Shown here: piece by piece, positions 25,740-39,977 of the stretch
Layout: every line of letters starts with the position of its first letter
Numbering within the stretch: position 1 is the first letter of the stretch
Assembly (NCBI RefSeq): GCF_004010195.1
Contig: NC_057719.1
Location: 35,919,041 to 35,983,040 of the forward strand
Source: Chiloscyllium plagiosum
Taxonomy: Eukaryota
Reading direction: 5' to 3'
Length of the DNA stretch: 64,000 bases
Program-made: the position numbers and the translations under genes
The notes under the pieces: generated by a model
Databases searched by the model: none
The model's input: only the letters and a program-made list of their open reading frames with translations
What the model was told of the DNA's origin: nothing

Positions 25740-27306
25740 TATGCAGAGATAGGCAGGCTGCACTGTTCTGGCTTTATATGATGTAGGTTTGTGAGAAACC
25801 GTTCCCATAATGCAGCATACCTGTAGACTTGACCCAGAGAAGCTGACACAAATTCAGGAAAAGATTAAATACGTGCTGGGGCATCAATTAAGAGAACCTA
25901 GCAGAAGGAGCTGGAAGAACTCCACAAGGCTTCGCACTGACTACTGAAAAGCTAATGCAGTGACTAGAGCTGACTCCCACCCGGTACCCTGCCGAGGAGA
26001 TTGCATAGATTGGATAGGTAAAGCTAGCTGTAATACCAAGATAAATTTATTCAAGGGGTACTAGTAGGTTCCCTTGACTATCCACCCAAAGGAAATCTCC
26101 AACTTTTTAACTCTAAAGGAAGTCTACCAATGTCAAATGGAATAGAATTGATTATATTGCTGCCAGAGTCTGGCATTGTCTTGATGGGCTGAGTAGGCTG
26201 CCTCTGTATAGTGTGGACTCTCTGACTTTATGAATGCCTTCCTTAGCTCAATTACTGCTTTATCCTGCAATTGCTTTTTCCAATCTACCTCTTCTTTAAG
26301 TCATCAAAACTAGCTCTTTTCCAGTTGAGTAATTTTACCTTTGATATTTTTTGGTCTCTGTCTATGATTACTGTAAACTGAATTAAGTTATTAGTTCAAT
26401 AATCTGCTAATGTATCACGATCCAATTGTTCCACTTTATTTCCCAGAATCAGAGCTGCTTGTTGGATCCAGAGATTTTTTTGATTGAGAACATTTTCCTG
26501 CACACAAATTAGAAATTTGTCTCCTTTGCTAGACTTAGCACTATGATTATCCCAGTTTACATTTGAGCAAGCAATTACTCTATTTTGTTGTCATTGTTTG
26601 AAACTCAACAAAAAAAAGCCACTAATGTAACAGCTCCCCCTCTGTTTCTTAATTAAAGTCAAGTCTATCCAGCCCTAGAAGCAGATCATACCTGAATACT
26701 CATCAACTGGGAGTATTAAGAACTAAATTCTGACTTCGTTTGCACAATGTTTCTGTGACTGTAACTACATAATCATTTGGAAAAATATATGCATGAGCTC
26801 ACCAGCTTTATTAGTTACACAACAGAGATTGAAGTACATCAAATTTAATACCTCCTTTGCTACTTATGCAGCTTTCTCAAACTAGTCCCTGCACACTTTG
26901 AGATATTATGAACTTTACTGATTTTCTGCATCATATGATTAATTTCTGTTCTGTTATTTTCTAATTTCCCAAACACAACTGCCACCAGCCTTATGTCTAA
27001 CACTAGCAAACCACGTTTAAACCCTTCTCAAAAGCTTTAATTAACCTCAGTGTTATTCAACTTGAATGCCTTAGCAAGAACTGTGCCTTGAGATTCTAAA
27101 TTCTTCCTCCTGCATCACTTTTCTAAACACACATTTACTTGCATAATCTTCCTTTTTCTATATTGTAAGCATGTGGCACAAGGTAGAATCTTGAGATGAA
27201 GATCTTTTGAGGTGTTTTATTTAAAACCTTTCTTCTAGCTCCAGACATTCTGCAAAAGTTCCTCATAATTACTGTAAACCAAATTATGTTGTGGCCACAC
27301 AAAAAA

Positions 27307-27601
27307 TTAGATTAGATTACTTAGTGTGGAAACAGGGCCTTCAAGTCCACACCGACCCTCTGAAGAGCAATCCACCCAGACCAATTCCCCTACATCTAAC
27401 TCTACGGGCAATTTAGCATAGCCAATTCACCTAACCTGCACATCTTTTGGACTGTGGGAGGAAACTGGAGCACCCAGAGGAAACCCACACAGACACAGGG
27501 AGAATGTGCAAACTCCACACAGACAGCCTAAGGTGGGAATTGAACCCAGGTCTCTGGCGCTGCGCGGCAGCAGTGCTAACCACTGTGCCACCATGCTGCC
27601 C
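27307..27601 (-). mobile_element. HE1-type V-SINE
   Basis: (agatt)n tail, V-domain, tRNA head gctaaccactgtgccacc. Confidence 0.92.
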
Positions 27602-28067
27602 AAATTATTGAATGGTACCTTCTGAGATTGTAGTTTACACTGCTCTTTAGTAACTCTGAATATTATGACGAATATTTGCTTTGAAATTTACTTTGATGAA
27701 ATGTAATTTATTTTTAGATCTAAAACTGCAAAATTGAGGCTGTTATCGTTTAAAAAGTTTATTTTTGTAAATTTTTGATTGTTTTGATCAATATCATTTT
27801 TGTAAGCATTGTTATTTTTGAAAATAGATGCCTGTAAAATATGAGCAATGTGTTGTAATACTTACTCATATGTTTCCTGCTTAAGAGCTATGAAAAGTTT
27901 GAGACAGTTGTGAGTTTACTAGGGCTTTTCTGAAAGGGATATCATTTGGACAGGAAGACCTGAAGGGAAGGTGTTTGGTTTCATTGGATTTCCACTTAGG
28001 AATCATATATGATGTGACCAAATATACTGTAAGTTATGTTGCATATGCTTTGTTGTTTCTATTGGTT

Positions 28068-28389
28068 AGCGAATTTTGAGAAAATTTGTAGCTCAGGTTG
28101 AGGTTATGGACGTAGGTTTGCTCGCTGAGCTAGAAGGTTTGTTTTCGGACATTTCATCACCATACTAGATAACATCATCAGTGAGCCTCTGAATGAAGCA
28201 CTGGTCGGCATGGCCCGCTTTCTATTTATGTGTTTAGGTTTCCTTGGGTTGCTGACGCCTTTTCCTATGGTGACATCATTTCATGTGGTGATGTCATTTC
28301 TATGGTGGTAAATGGGATCCAAGTCAATGTGTTTGTTGATACAGTTCCAGTTGGAATTCCATGCTTCTACGAATTCTTGTGCGTGTCTC
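28068..28389 (-). mobile_element. PLE (Poseidon-like) 3' end with hammerhead family D
   Basis: Minus-strand 28389-28305 reads RHAQEFVEAWNSNWNCINKHIDLDPIYH, a typical PLE endonuclease C-terminus; hammerhead motif downstream. Confidence 0.75.
28145..28184 (-). ncRNA. Minimal hammerhead ribozyme motif, family D, partly decayed
   Basis: tca CTGATGA t gttatc-tagtat-ggtgat GAAA tgtc cga. Confidence 0.55.
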
Positions 28390-28779
28390 ACAAGTAGTGC
28401 TTTAAATATGTTACCAGCACTTCCAGTGGCATAGCTTTAGCAGATGATTCCTCAATCTCCTCACACTTAATTGGTTATGAATGAATTGCAAACCCTACCA
28501 GTAAAGATTCTTAAAACTGCTATTTTTGATAACATAATGCTAGGGCTGAATTTACTGAAAAGCCTTGAATCCTGTTACCTGGTCTGAATGAAGGAGTCAG
28601 TGCCACTTAGGCAATGGGAAAGCCCACTTCACATGAGTTCAATGCATTCTCCAATCCACAGTCCAATGGCCTACCTCATGCAGAGAAATGTTATAGACAA
28701 TGAAGGAAACAGCAACAGGGTTGCAGAGTGCTTTATTGAATTGGCTGGATCAGTCAGGAAGAATAATCTGAAGCGTTCT

Positions 28780-29660
28780 TGTCCCAAGTCTTCTTTGCTT
28801 GTATCTCATTATGCCTTCCTGCAGATCCTGTGGTTCATCATTCAGTATCTGGTCAGCATCTTCCTTCCTATCCTCATTGTTGAAAGAACATTGCACTCCA
28901 CAATATCCTCCAATATTCAGTGACCATCTAACCCACCAAGCTGTATCACCAGGAGCGCTCAAATATGATATGAGAGCCTTGCTGGGATCTCCTGAATGGC
29001 TCCACTAACTCTATCTAGGCATCTAAGCCATATTTTCAGAAGGCTTCTGGCCTGCATGATGGAGTCTGGAGTTATCTGCATCAGTGCTTAGGTGTCATAC
29101 AATGAAGGCATGCCTCATAGGGTTGATATCTAGGACTCCCTTAATATATAGGCATTATGGATGCTTCCTGGAACCATGCACAAATTTGAAAGATCCATTT
29201 GTGCTGAATACAAACTGTTGTACTTTGAGAAAATGGAAATCTTTCTATTTGATGAAGGCTGCTGCCTGGCCATATTTTACATCCTCTGTTTTGGAAATCT
29301 GTGATGGCCACAAACTCTATGATCCTGTCAGCTTAACTGTTATGTAAGTACCCATGGACTGGCTAACTTTCTTGAAGATGGCATTGATGAGCACCTTGAT
29401 GCAGTGATGAGCCACAGACTGGGAAATCCCATACCCATCTTGGTGGTTCCTGGAACAATCCTGCAGCATAAAAATCAGCACTAGGATGGCCTTTGGCACC
29501 ACAGCCATTGGGTGACCACCATTTCCCATTGTGCTCAGCTTATCCTCCATCATTGCACTCTTCAGTAACACTGTTACACTGACACACACAAGACATTGTG
29601 TCTTTGATGATAGACTTCCTCTGGTAAATAATCTCATCTATGTATGAGTCTGATTGTCTG
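28780..29660 (-). pseudogene. PIF/Harbinger (HARBI1-like) DDE transposase relic
   Basis: Frameshifted motifs GISQSVAHHCIK, RKDFHFLKVQ (cf. NRKGFHSLNVQ), PGSIHNAYIL (cf. PGSxHD), LLKIWLRCLDRVSGA (cf. LKxRFRCLDxSGG). Confidence 0.8.
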
Positions 29661-30158
29661 CTCCTTTCAGTCATCTGTGCTCCTGTTGGTCTAATCATAG
29701 ACCTTGAGTTGCAGTCATCCCATTGACTGTGACTGCAATTCTCTGCCTCTGCAATGTTTATCATCAATGGGGACCCAAAGTTTGCGCGACTGAAGTGCAT
29801 GGTAAGTGGTTGGCTTAATTTGCAGCATATCTTATGTGTCTGCTGTATTCATACTTGTGCCATGACCAAGATGGCATTCAAGTGATGTGCCCCTGCTGTG
29901 TTGGCAAACTCATCATTTCTCCCAACTGTGATTGTCCATTCAGTTCCAGTCTTCCTAGAGGCAATGCTACTGTCTATAATGGTAATCATATGGACCCAGC
30001 ACTAATCTCCTCCAAACCCACTGCTATCTCATTCCTGGTAAAGTTCTGAAATACCTTTTTGCTGATGCACACTTTGTAAAATTTGAAATCCTTGGTAAAA
30101 ATAGCCATTAGGGCCTGTTAAATAGAGAAATTACCTTTCTGACATGTTTCACCGTATG

Positions 30159-30460
30159 ATTAGATTAGATTACATTACAGTGTGGAAACAGGCCCTTCGG
30201 CCCAACAAGTCCACACCGACCCGCCGAAGCGCAACCCACCCATACCCCTAACCTAACACTATGGGCAATTTAGTATGGCCAATTCACCTGACCTGCACAT
30301 CTTTGGACTGTGGGAGGAAACCGGAGCACCCGGAGGAAACCCACGCAGACATGGGGAGAACGTGCAAACTCCACACAGTCAGTCGCCTGAGGCGGGAATT
30401 GAACCCCAGACTCTGGTGCTGTGAGGCAGCAGTGCTAACTGCTGGGCCACCGTGCCGCCC
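30159..30460 (-). mobile_element. Young HE1 V-SINE
   Basis: CpG-intact, full head, V-domain and (agatt)n tail. Confidence 0.95.
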
Positions 30461-31119
30461 CGTGATCTTTCTATGAACCTGGCCACACTTTGGAAGAATA
30501 TCCACTTGTGACATAAAGAGGTCACATTTCTCTCCTGGAGCCTTTCACAAGATGTTAGAACGTCCCCCGTCTCTGCCCCAACAGTTTTAGAGATCTATCA
30601 TTGATTCTAAGACTGAAGAACTTTGCATAATGAATCATAAAAGATTTATGAGGCAGAAGGAGACCATTCAACTTATCATGCCTGTGAGAACTTTTTCTTT
30701 TTACTTACTTTGTAACCTACTTTTCTCTTTCTTTTCTTTGGGTATTGAGTTGAATTCCACCACCCTTATGATACCACAGTATAAAACCATATTTGAACCA
30801 TAGGCATGTCTGTTCAGCTGTGTGGCAGAGAAGGCAGTGCATTTACGCATCCAGTGTCATCTGTACTTGTAAGACAATAGTTCTTGAACAGTTTAAAGTT
30901 ATGTAACGTTAGTCCCAGATTTGAATGTTTTTCATTATGATTCATTTCAGCCATGGCGTACTGATAGATTTAACCACAGCACTAGCAAAGAAACAGAAAC
31001 AAAAACAAAGATTGTGTCATGCTGGAATGTATTAAAGCTTTCTAAATAAACCAGAAAATAACAGCTGGTCTTTATTGAATCAGACTGCAGTATCTTATAG
31101 TTCATGCAGTGCTATTTAG

Positions 31120-32025
31120 ATTCAGTCAGCAGAAACTGCTGAAAATATTCAGCAGCTCAGGTAGTATCTGTGGAGCGAAAAGTAAAGCTAATAGGATTGA
31201 GTGTCAAGGAATTTTATGCAGGCCTCAGGAGTCTGTTCTGCAGGCTTGAGAGCTGATGAGAAACGCACATTGCTTCCTTCAGGAAGACATACCAGTAACA
31301 AGTGCCTCTCAATACATGGCCACTGTGGATGTTGGTTTTCCCCAGGGCTTAAGTAGCTTGTGAAAGGAAATCTTGCCCCTTCCTAGCTGCCAGCTAGGAG
31401 TCCAACAGCTGTTTTGCTTTCTTGGTAGAGAGGGTATGTAGAGGTGGGGAGGGTATGTAGAACTGCTGAGGGAAATACAGATACTTGGAGGCCTGGAGTT
31501 GAGGAGTCCAGTGTTGGTCGTGGTGATTGGGAGTCTCGGGGAAGAGTGCAGAGTGTTCAGTCTCTGCTATGAGCTGTCCATCCAACTCCCTTGATTCATC
31601 ACCAAGTGAATGAGGTACCAATTAAGGAGATGAGAAGCAGCCAGTACAGGTTTATTTATTGTGAACACTGAATGGGTACAGACCTGGGCACATCAGCAGC
31701 AGGAGTGGGCCCTTAAGTGGGCATTAATTCCCAATTAATTGCCTCAATTGGCAATTGGATGGGAAGGCTGACCACAGGCCTTTGTGTGCTGGATGTAACT
31801 TTGACGAAGGTAGGATGTAGGCAGGGGATGTTACACTGCCCACCTGCATGATTAAATGCCTTCCTCACCTCCAAACACACCAAGTCTTCCTTCAATGTTT
31901 CAACTTGATATGACTTTCAATCAGAACTCTTGATAACAGGTAATCTCAACTTGAGAGGTTAATTCAGGTTTCCTCCACAGATGCTGCCTGACCTGCTGAG
32001 TATTTCCAGCACTTTTTGTATTTAA
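31120..32025. mobile_element. Old inverted PLE pseudo-LTR pair split by a non-autonomous DNA-type element (~31210-31895)
   Basis: 31125-31200 is inverted relative to 31955-32025 (cagcagctcaggtagtatctgtggag / ctccacagatgctgcctgacctgctg); the insert shares a ccttaagtg..attaatt core with 35225-35480. Confidence 0.5.
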
Positions 32026-34397
32026 TAAAAGACCCAGTGCAAATGGGTGTTTGATAACGTGAAATATGGCAGTTAATTGATGCTGCCCCTGTGCTGGATT
32101 TGTGTATTGCAGATCATTTCTGGCTGCCTTTTTTCAGCTTGCATCACTGTTCAGTGTCATGTAATTTGAATCAAAAGTAGTGTGATCCCATTTTTTACGA
32201 GGGGATCATTCAGAGTAACCTCTAAAGCCCAACAAAGAAAATCATGACTTCCCCAGCCAGATTTTCCCTTATTCTCACTGCCACTCCCTCTCTACTTTCA
32301 CCCTTTTCACGTTCTTCTGTTTTTGGTGATGTTAAGGGGAACCGGTTGCTGGTGGTGGAGTTAACAAACCAGAACGGATCTCATTGAAAACTCTCCATTA
32401 AGATCCACTCTCTGGTCTTCAGCAGCAACGATGTGCCACAAATGGACAATGGGCAATATCAAAACTGTTAGGTTTGAAGAAGAAACTGCTCAACCCCTCA
32501 GCTAGTGGGAGATGCAAACATTGGAAATCTACCAGGAGGAGGATGATCATCAAATGGATTACTTGGTGCAGTGAATGATTATGATCTCAATGTTTACACA
32601 AATTGGAATGTGTACTAATATTGCTCAGCCACTTCATATCACAAGTAAAAGTGTATTTTCCCATAAATATGATCATTATATCCTTGACATGTCCTGTTCG
32701 TTTAGAGCAAGAGGCAATAGCAAACAGCTTGGTAACTGCAGCACATCCATTTCTGCAACTGTATTGGTATCATACTTACTTGGATACCAGTCTCTACTTG
32801 GTTACATCTGTGATTCTATGTTTTTGGTGATGAGGTCCAAGGAGAAATCACAGACTTGATTGCTGTTAATTGCTGTTGAAAACACAGCTCTCTTCTGATT
32901 TATTCTTTAGTGCGTAATTTATTTCTCTCTGTTTAAAACTTGAAATCATCCAAGCTTTGAGATTTTCAGAAGTAATTTTAGTTTGGTTAAGAGGCAAACT
33001 CATTAGTAGTTGCTAATGTTTTCACTTCTGGACAATAGCAACAGCATCATGCTATCAGATACCAGATACCAGCAAAGCACAATCATTCCAGGCTTAATTC
33101 CAATACATAAACTTGCCCCATTGTTTCCCTTTCCCACTGTCCCCTTGTTGCCCATCAGTCCTGCTAGAACCAAATATTCACCATGGCAGTTCAATAAGTC
33201 CATGTTATTAGCACCTCTATGGACATAACTCCCTAGATTATATGTCAGGCTCTTTTTGATTCTGGAACCATCCCAATGCTTGCATAGTCTAAGTTCTTCA
33301 GTTCTCCTGAGAACCATGATTCTATATTGTGGGAACTGCTTATGTATTCCAAGAAGCTCTCTCTTCAATGCAATCAGATCTTGAGTTTCTTTTTAAAATA
33401 TTTCCACACCGTAAGATTCTGTTTTGATAGAGCTACATTCCCAGTTCTACTTTCAGTTCAATAAGTCCATGTTATTAGCACCTCTATGGACATAACTCCC
33501 TAGTTCTTATAAAATGTCTGACTCACCATGACCCATGCCAAAGGAGATTTGATAGTTTATTATAAATACTGCTGAACAACATTCCCAGTTGCCACTTATT
33601 ACTGCCCACTCTTTTATTGATCTAAATGGTTACTCAGCACTTGAATGTGACATGATGACCAAAATATTTATGCACTGGAACTTCACTCAGGCTTAATTTA
33701 AAAACTTTATTATGGAAAAAATATGGACCCCTTCTTCATACTTGGAATGTGCCAAAAACGAGCAAATTATATTCTGTATAAAGGCAGAATAAATCTGTTC
33801 TTAGCAATTGTTTTAGGCTGTGTTTTTTAACAAATGGATCCACAATCATTCACTGACATTATTTTGTGAAACTTGCACTTTTCAAGAATTTCAAACCTCC
33901 AATTTTTAAGTATAATTGTAAATACTTCCACAAATATTTTGGAAGCATTCCCATGCACATTCTATGTTGTAGTTTGTGAAATTTGGCAGTTAATTGTGAC
34001 AAATTATTTGAGTTTTCAACAATCATCAGTGGCTCAGGAAACAAGAAAAATCTAAGTGTTTAGGCATGTTTGAGAAGGGAAATCAAATCAGTAAATTTAT
34101 CCTTCCTCTTGGGAGGATTTAATACTTGACAGAGCTTCTGTTGATGTGTAAGTTACCCAATTGTTTCAAGTTGATGTCTTTACCTGGGAGTCCATAAAAT
34201 GCCAATGTGTGTTTCTTATTTACCAATGTCTGTGGGATTGACACTACACAACTTATGTTTAGGTTGGCTTTAGACTCTCTTCTCCTTCTGAATGCATTAA
34301 CAGCTATTGGGATACAATTCTATATATGACTTGACCAAGTGGCTATTCATCAAGAGTTAATGTGAAAAGTGATTGTTCATCATGGAAGGAGGGCATG

Positions 34398-34496
34398 ACT
34401 CCACAACCACCTGATGAAGGAGCAGCGCTCTGAAAGCTAGTGCTTCCAAATAAACCTGTTGGACTATAACCTAGTGTCGTTTGATTTTTAACTTTA
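34398..34496 (+). mobile_element. Solo PLE pseudo-LTR fragment, family B
   Basis: Matches 14318-14415 and 59150-59239. Confidence 0.88.
34408..34442 (+). ncRNA. Minimal hammerhead ribozyme motif, family B
   Basis: cac CTGATGA a ggagc-agc-gctct GAAA gcta gtg. Confidence 0.72.
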
Positions 34497-34829
34497 TAAT
34501 TTTACTGACATCCTGACTGACATTGAGAAACTTAGCACAGACCCTGAAACATCTATTTTCTTTAACTGTAGTTGATTTTATAATTCTATTTTAAATTTAA
34601 GACCTTAGGACCCTGGAGAAGTAGACCATTCAGCTTTTCAAGTCTATTCAGCCATTCAGTGGTCAATCTCATAATCTACAAAATGTGTTTATGCTTTTGT
34701 CAATCTCTTTTAAATATCAGTTTTACTGGATGATCCTCTCTCAAGGTATATGACATTAAGGCAACATATTTGATAAATCAGATTCTTAATAGCATCCTCT
34801 CTTTAAAGGGAACACCTAACCTATGTTTT

Positions 34830-35480
34830 CAGGTGGCGGGGTTCCATGTCCATCGAACGTATCCACAGCTATTTAACATTTAGCAAGGAGTTAATTAACT
34901 AAGTGCAAAATGTCCATCCCAATCTGGGCAAGATGTCCCACCTTAGAAAGTTCCCTGCCAATTGGATGGTTGGCAGCTCCATAGTCCCTGCACTGCCAGG
35001 TTTGAGTGTTAGCCACCTCTAAGACTAAAGGCAGTGCCAAGGAAGTGGAGCAAATGTAGATAGCACTGAAGGCAAGTGTGGGGTATCATTAGAGCTAGCT
35101 GGTAGACTCCAAGGTTGAGGGGAATGGGTAGCTGGGTTTGAGAAGCCAGTTAAGAGGATCATTAAAGGGTATGTAATGTTAGTTAGGGTTCCTCATTTGG
35201 CCCAAGATATAATTTGCCAACACTGCACTGTTAATTATGTTGTGTTGCTCTTGGTCTTGTGTCCCCCTGCCAAGTGTAATATAGCAGTGGAGTTGTTGGG
35301 GGGAGGAGGTGGGGGTGATGGTGGTGGGATGAGGCCCTTAAGTGTCCATTAATTGACCACTTAATCACCTCAGAGAGTGAAGGGCGGGCAGGAGGTCTAT
35401 CACTCTCCCCAGTATAATTGGAGACAGATTGGGGGAGGGTGGCTATCTTGTGCTTAGGCCACATGCTGCAATTTTATGAA
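34830..35480. mobile_element. Old non-autonomous DNA-type repeat
   Basis: Core ggcccttaagtgtccattaattgaccacttaa shared with ~31710-31750; boundaries approximate. Confidence 0.4.
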
Positions 35481-38400
35481 CCATGGCCTTCAAAAAAATG
35501 CATTCCCCATGTTATTTGTCTTTGACTTCTGTACAGTTAACTGGTCTATACAAAAATAAGATACCTTGTTGTACACATACCTCAGGAAACGTTACAGTTT
35601 TCTACATTAATATCCATCTGTTGTTAACTTTATATGCTGTGTTAATATTCCTTCAAACGTTACCTCACAATCACACCTTGAAATATTATCAGTTGTCCTT
35701 ATGTTCACCTGACCATATGTACCATCACCAATATTGATAAGAAATCTCCCTGTCCATAGTATTTATAAATACTATGAAGATAAAGAGACCTTGCAAAATG
35801 CATTTTGTATCTCCACCATAGCCGAAGCTTTTTATTGATAAACCATCATAGTCCTCATTATTGAATTAGTTTTGAATTAATTTCAGGAGTATTAATCTTC
35901 CCCAAGATTCAGCAAAGTAATTGTCTTTTAAAAGCCTCTCTGTAGAATTGTCAGGTGTCATCTGTTGCCTGGGAATTGATGATAACTTAAGTACATAGAG
36001 GCTGCAAGATGTATTAATGACATCATCTACAATATTCCTGCTGCTGCAGAGTTGACGAATTAGTCTATCTTTCAATTTTTTTGAATACCATTATATCTTG
36101 GCTTTCCTCCAATAAGGTTTATGTACATAGCAAGGTAATTTCTTCATCTATTTCCATGGGCTTTTCATTTGCAATGTTTCAAATGTTAGTTCGGTACACG
36201 TGACAATAAATTCAATTCAATTCAATTCAATTTTAAAATCTATAACTGTGAAGATATTAAGATACCATAACAAATAACTTCTTTGCTTTGATTTCTACTG
36301 GTTCTCCTTCAAACATCTCTTCACATAACATACCCATATACTTCGTTCTTTAAATGTTTGGATTGTATTGTATTTCAGCCTTCTTTTTCTTGTGAGAACA
36401 AGTTGTGTTCTCTAAGCTTCTCTTTACAGCTCAATGCTTTTAAGACCCTGAACAGTCCTTGTTGCTGTTCTTTGAACCATATCCGTTGTTATGTTTGTCT
36501 TTTTTTTGTTTTTTCTAAGAACTAGAATCCTAGGAGTCATTTGAGAGTACTTTGTACAGTATTATCAGCAGGATAATTGATATAAGCTATGGCTGGTTTT
36601 TGGTTATGTTACTGGTCTAGTTATACCAGAGACCTGGACTAATACCTTGCAGTCATGAATACAAACCAACATTGATAGTGGTTGACTTAATGAAAATGTT
36701 TAGTTTATGGTGCATATGCTTTAGCATATAATTTTTAGTTTTAGTAAGTAAGGTTTCATGGTAAAATGTGGAGTAAATGTAATTGAAGCTCCTTGAAGTC
36801 TATGGTATTTAACCTATTAAGGAAACATGACACTAACCGTTTAACTGTTGGGAAGGTAAGGTAAATAAAATGCTGGGCTTAAGTCATTACCAGCATAAAT
36901 GGCAGTTCAGTAGGTTACCAATGCTTATATGAAAAAAGCAGAATAGAAGAGGAGGACTATAAAAACAGTTGGTGAGTTTTCTTTGCTAAAGGTGATGTCC
37001 GTAAACTTTGCAGTACAGAAGTACAGAGAGCTTTAAAGCAATCAGTAAATCCTAAAGATCAGAATAAGGACAGCCTACATTATCATACAGCTAGGCAGAG
37101 CATAAGGTTTTTTGGTGTCAATTTACGTGTGTGTTTCCTGGGAAACAAGTTACAGTTTGGAGTTGGGAGATTGCTGAAACAGAGGAGAGGGGCTCCATGC
37201 AGCAAAAGCACTGCTGTTAGTTGACGTCAGGCAGTTGGTGTTCAAGAGTAGTCGCAAGAAGTTCCGGCTTCATGCCATACAAAAATAGTGTTAAAGTGAA
37301 GGCCTGAGAATTTGCCGTAACTAAGAGTGGTTTGAAGGAAGCCAGAAACAACAATTGATGCAGCCAGAGGAAGATTTGGAGTTTAGAGAAATTCAGCAAC
37401 AGTTCAGTGAATTGAGCTGTTTGATCACAATTGAAATTGTGTCGCCAATTAGAAGTTTTGGAACAGTCTTCTGAGTCTTGAGAAACTGGATAGAGAGAAG
37501 TTATTGAGTGATTAAAACTGGAACAGTTGTTGAGGCAATTAAAGTCTGTGAACCTTTATGATCCAAACTGATGATAATACTGGACAAATCAGATTCCAAT
37601 GTAAAACCTGGTTTGATAGACCATAGATTTTTTTTTTGCAATCTGTTTACCCATACTTAGTTACTGAACATATTCACAGGTGGCTGCCCGTGTACTTTTA
37701 ACAAGAGAACACACGTTAAAAAACCTATTTTACAATATGTAAGAACAATGTGAAATGGTCTTTTTGTAAATACTAGAAATAAAGATTGAACTCTTTTACC
37801 CTCATAACAGTCTTACAATATTCAACCTCAGTAAAAGGCCACCTTATTGCCACTTTAAGGTTCCTCCACTGGTAAAGCTGTAAGTATATCTTTCTGGCAA
37901 ACTTCTGCATTCTCTTAATGCTTTCTTTATTGCTGTCTCTTCTTGAGTCCCTTCAATGAACTCCTAATACAGCTTACTTACTATTTCATGTATTTGACAG
38001 TCTTGTATGATGTTTTCCTCTCTGACACCTTAAACCCTGGTGTTTCTGGAGATTTCTGTTGCCACCTCAGGATTTTTCTTCTGGCCTCACTATTTTGAAC
38101 ACTGCTGATGTTATAGGCTTTTTCTCTTAATGACCTGCTTTTTATTTTGAAATAAACCTGTATTCTCAATGACCTTTTGGATGATTCTCTCTTTCTAAAA
38201 GGAAACCTATTTCCATCTCTGACTTCCAGTATCACTTTATTGCTAAGCAGCAGTTCAATTTCTTCTTCTCTTCCACCCTTGTTTTCTCAGCTCTCAAGTA
38301 TTCTTTTCAAGGATTTTTTAAAGGCCCTATTTAATGAATGTAAAATCATTTCTACCCAACCTGTTAACATCCACAGAACACAGAAAATGAAGTATGAACT

Positions 38401-38837
38401 ATCTTTCCTTCTTAACCCACCAAATATATAAGTGCAAATCAAACTTAAAGCTATACATGGTTCTGTCCATTACAGAACCCAAGATTCCAAGGAATAGTAA
38501 TGCTGTGAATTCCATCACCATCTTTCCTCGGAAACAAATGAGAAAATATGACTGAAAGGCATTTTCATTTTCTATTAGTTACCTTTTATTTCTAAATCTA
38601 TTCTACTTAAACAGGTTTTACTTTAACAGTAACAACAAACACAATAAATACAATAAGATTTCATGATAGTTACTTGACTCTTATTAGTGCATCCACTATA
38701 ATAATGCATTTTCCTGAGATGTTAATGATTTTACCGGAGTAGGTTGGTAGCATTAATCTCCAAGGAAACACTCTTAAATTCCTGTTATTTTCAATTTTCA
38801 TGAAAAATTTTATATCATGATCCTTATAGGTAATCAT

Positions 38838-38962
38838 CTCTGCAGAGTTCCATTTCCAGTCCCATTTGCCAGCATTTGGCCCATATTTGTCCAAACCCTT
38901 CCTATTCACATACCTACCCAGATGCCTTTTAAGTGTTGTAATTCCACCAGCCTCCACCACTG
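38838..38962 (-). mobile_element. CR1 3' fragment
   Basis: VVEAGGITTLKRHLGRYVNRKGL. Confidence 0.85.
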
Positions 38963-39496
38963 TAGACATAAAGGGTGTCATAGATCCAATACCAAATTCA
39001 AAGTCTGTTTTGCAACAATTAGTTATTTCAGTTGCAATGTATTTCCATGTTATCTCTATTTTGGCACTTATTTTTCCTGGATAATTCTATGACCCTAAGA
39101 TCTAGTCAGAACACGGTCAGAAAATAATCTAGTGTGTTTCTCCTATATTACCTTAGTTTCTTTTACTTACCATTGGTTGTTCCAACCAACTTTTGGTGAG
39201 ACCAATATTTTTAAACCAGCGTGTTTTATTCCACAAGATAAAATCAATTCCTTCAATAAGGATTTGTGTTGTAAGACTGACTGAAACTTATTAAGTCACT
39301 TTATTAGCTAACTCTATGTAATGAATGTCGTTTGTAAGCTATGTGTGCACCTCCATTTAATGTTATTTCCTTTATTAATCTCATTTGTCAGCATTAACAA
39401 CTGACTTGCTCCAGTGTATCTCAACATCTTTATTGGCTTACCTCCTTGTATTTAAATTTCACTTTTGGGCTTTCATCTGTCGCCTTTATTATTTTC

Positions 39497-39838
39497 GTAG
39501 AATCACAAAATCCCTACAGTGCAGATAGAGGTCATTTGTCTGCATTGAGTCTGCACCAACCTTCCAAAAAACATCCCACACAGACCCCCAACAACCCTGA
39601 ATTTCCCATAGCTAATCCATCTCGCCTGCACATCCCTGGACTCTATGGGTGATTTAGGATGGCCCATCCACCTAGCCTGCACATCTTTGGACTGTGGGAG
39701 GAAATTGGAGGATCCAAAGGAAACCCACACAGACATGGGGAGAACATAGAAACTCCACACAGACAGTCATATAAGGCTGGAATCAAACTCAGGTCCCTAT
39801 GTTGTGAGGCAGCGGTGCTAACCACTGTGCCACATTGC
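39497..39838 (-). mobile_element. HE1-type SINE
   Basis: cctgcacatctttggactgtgggagg, aaactccacacagacag, gctaaccactgtgccac. Confidence 0.85.
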
Positions 39839-39977
39839 ACTTCTTTTTGCAAGACTAATACTTTCTCAGTTCCCATTTTTTCATTTCTTAAATTTCCTTC
39901 TGGAGTCTCATATGACTGTTTCTCCACATGCAAATGTCTGTGTAACACCTTATGGATTTCCTCCACAGCTTGCACTT

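Noticed and set aside
36690..38340. LTR/Gypsy gag relic
   Set aside because: Only a faint resemblance; too decayed to support by eye
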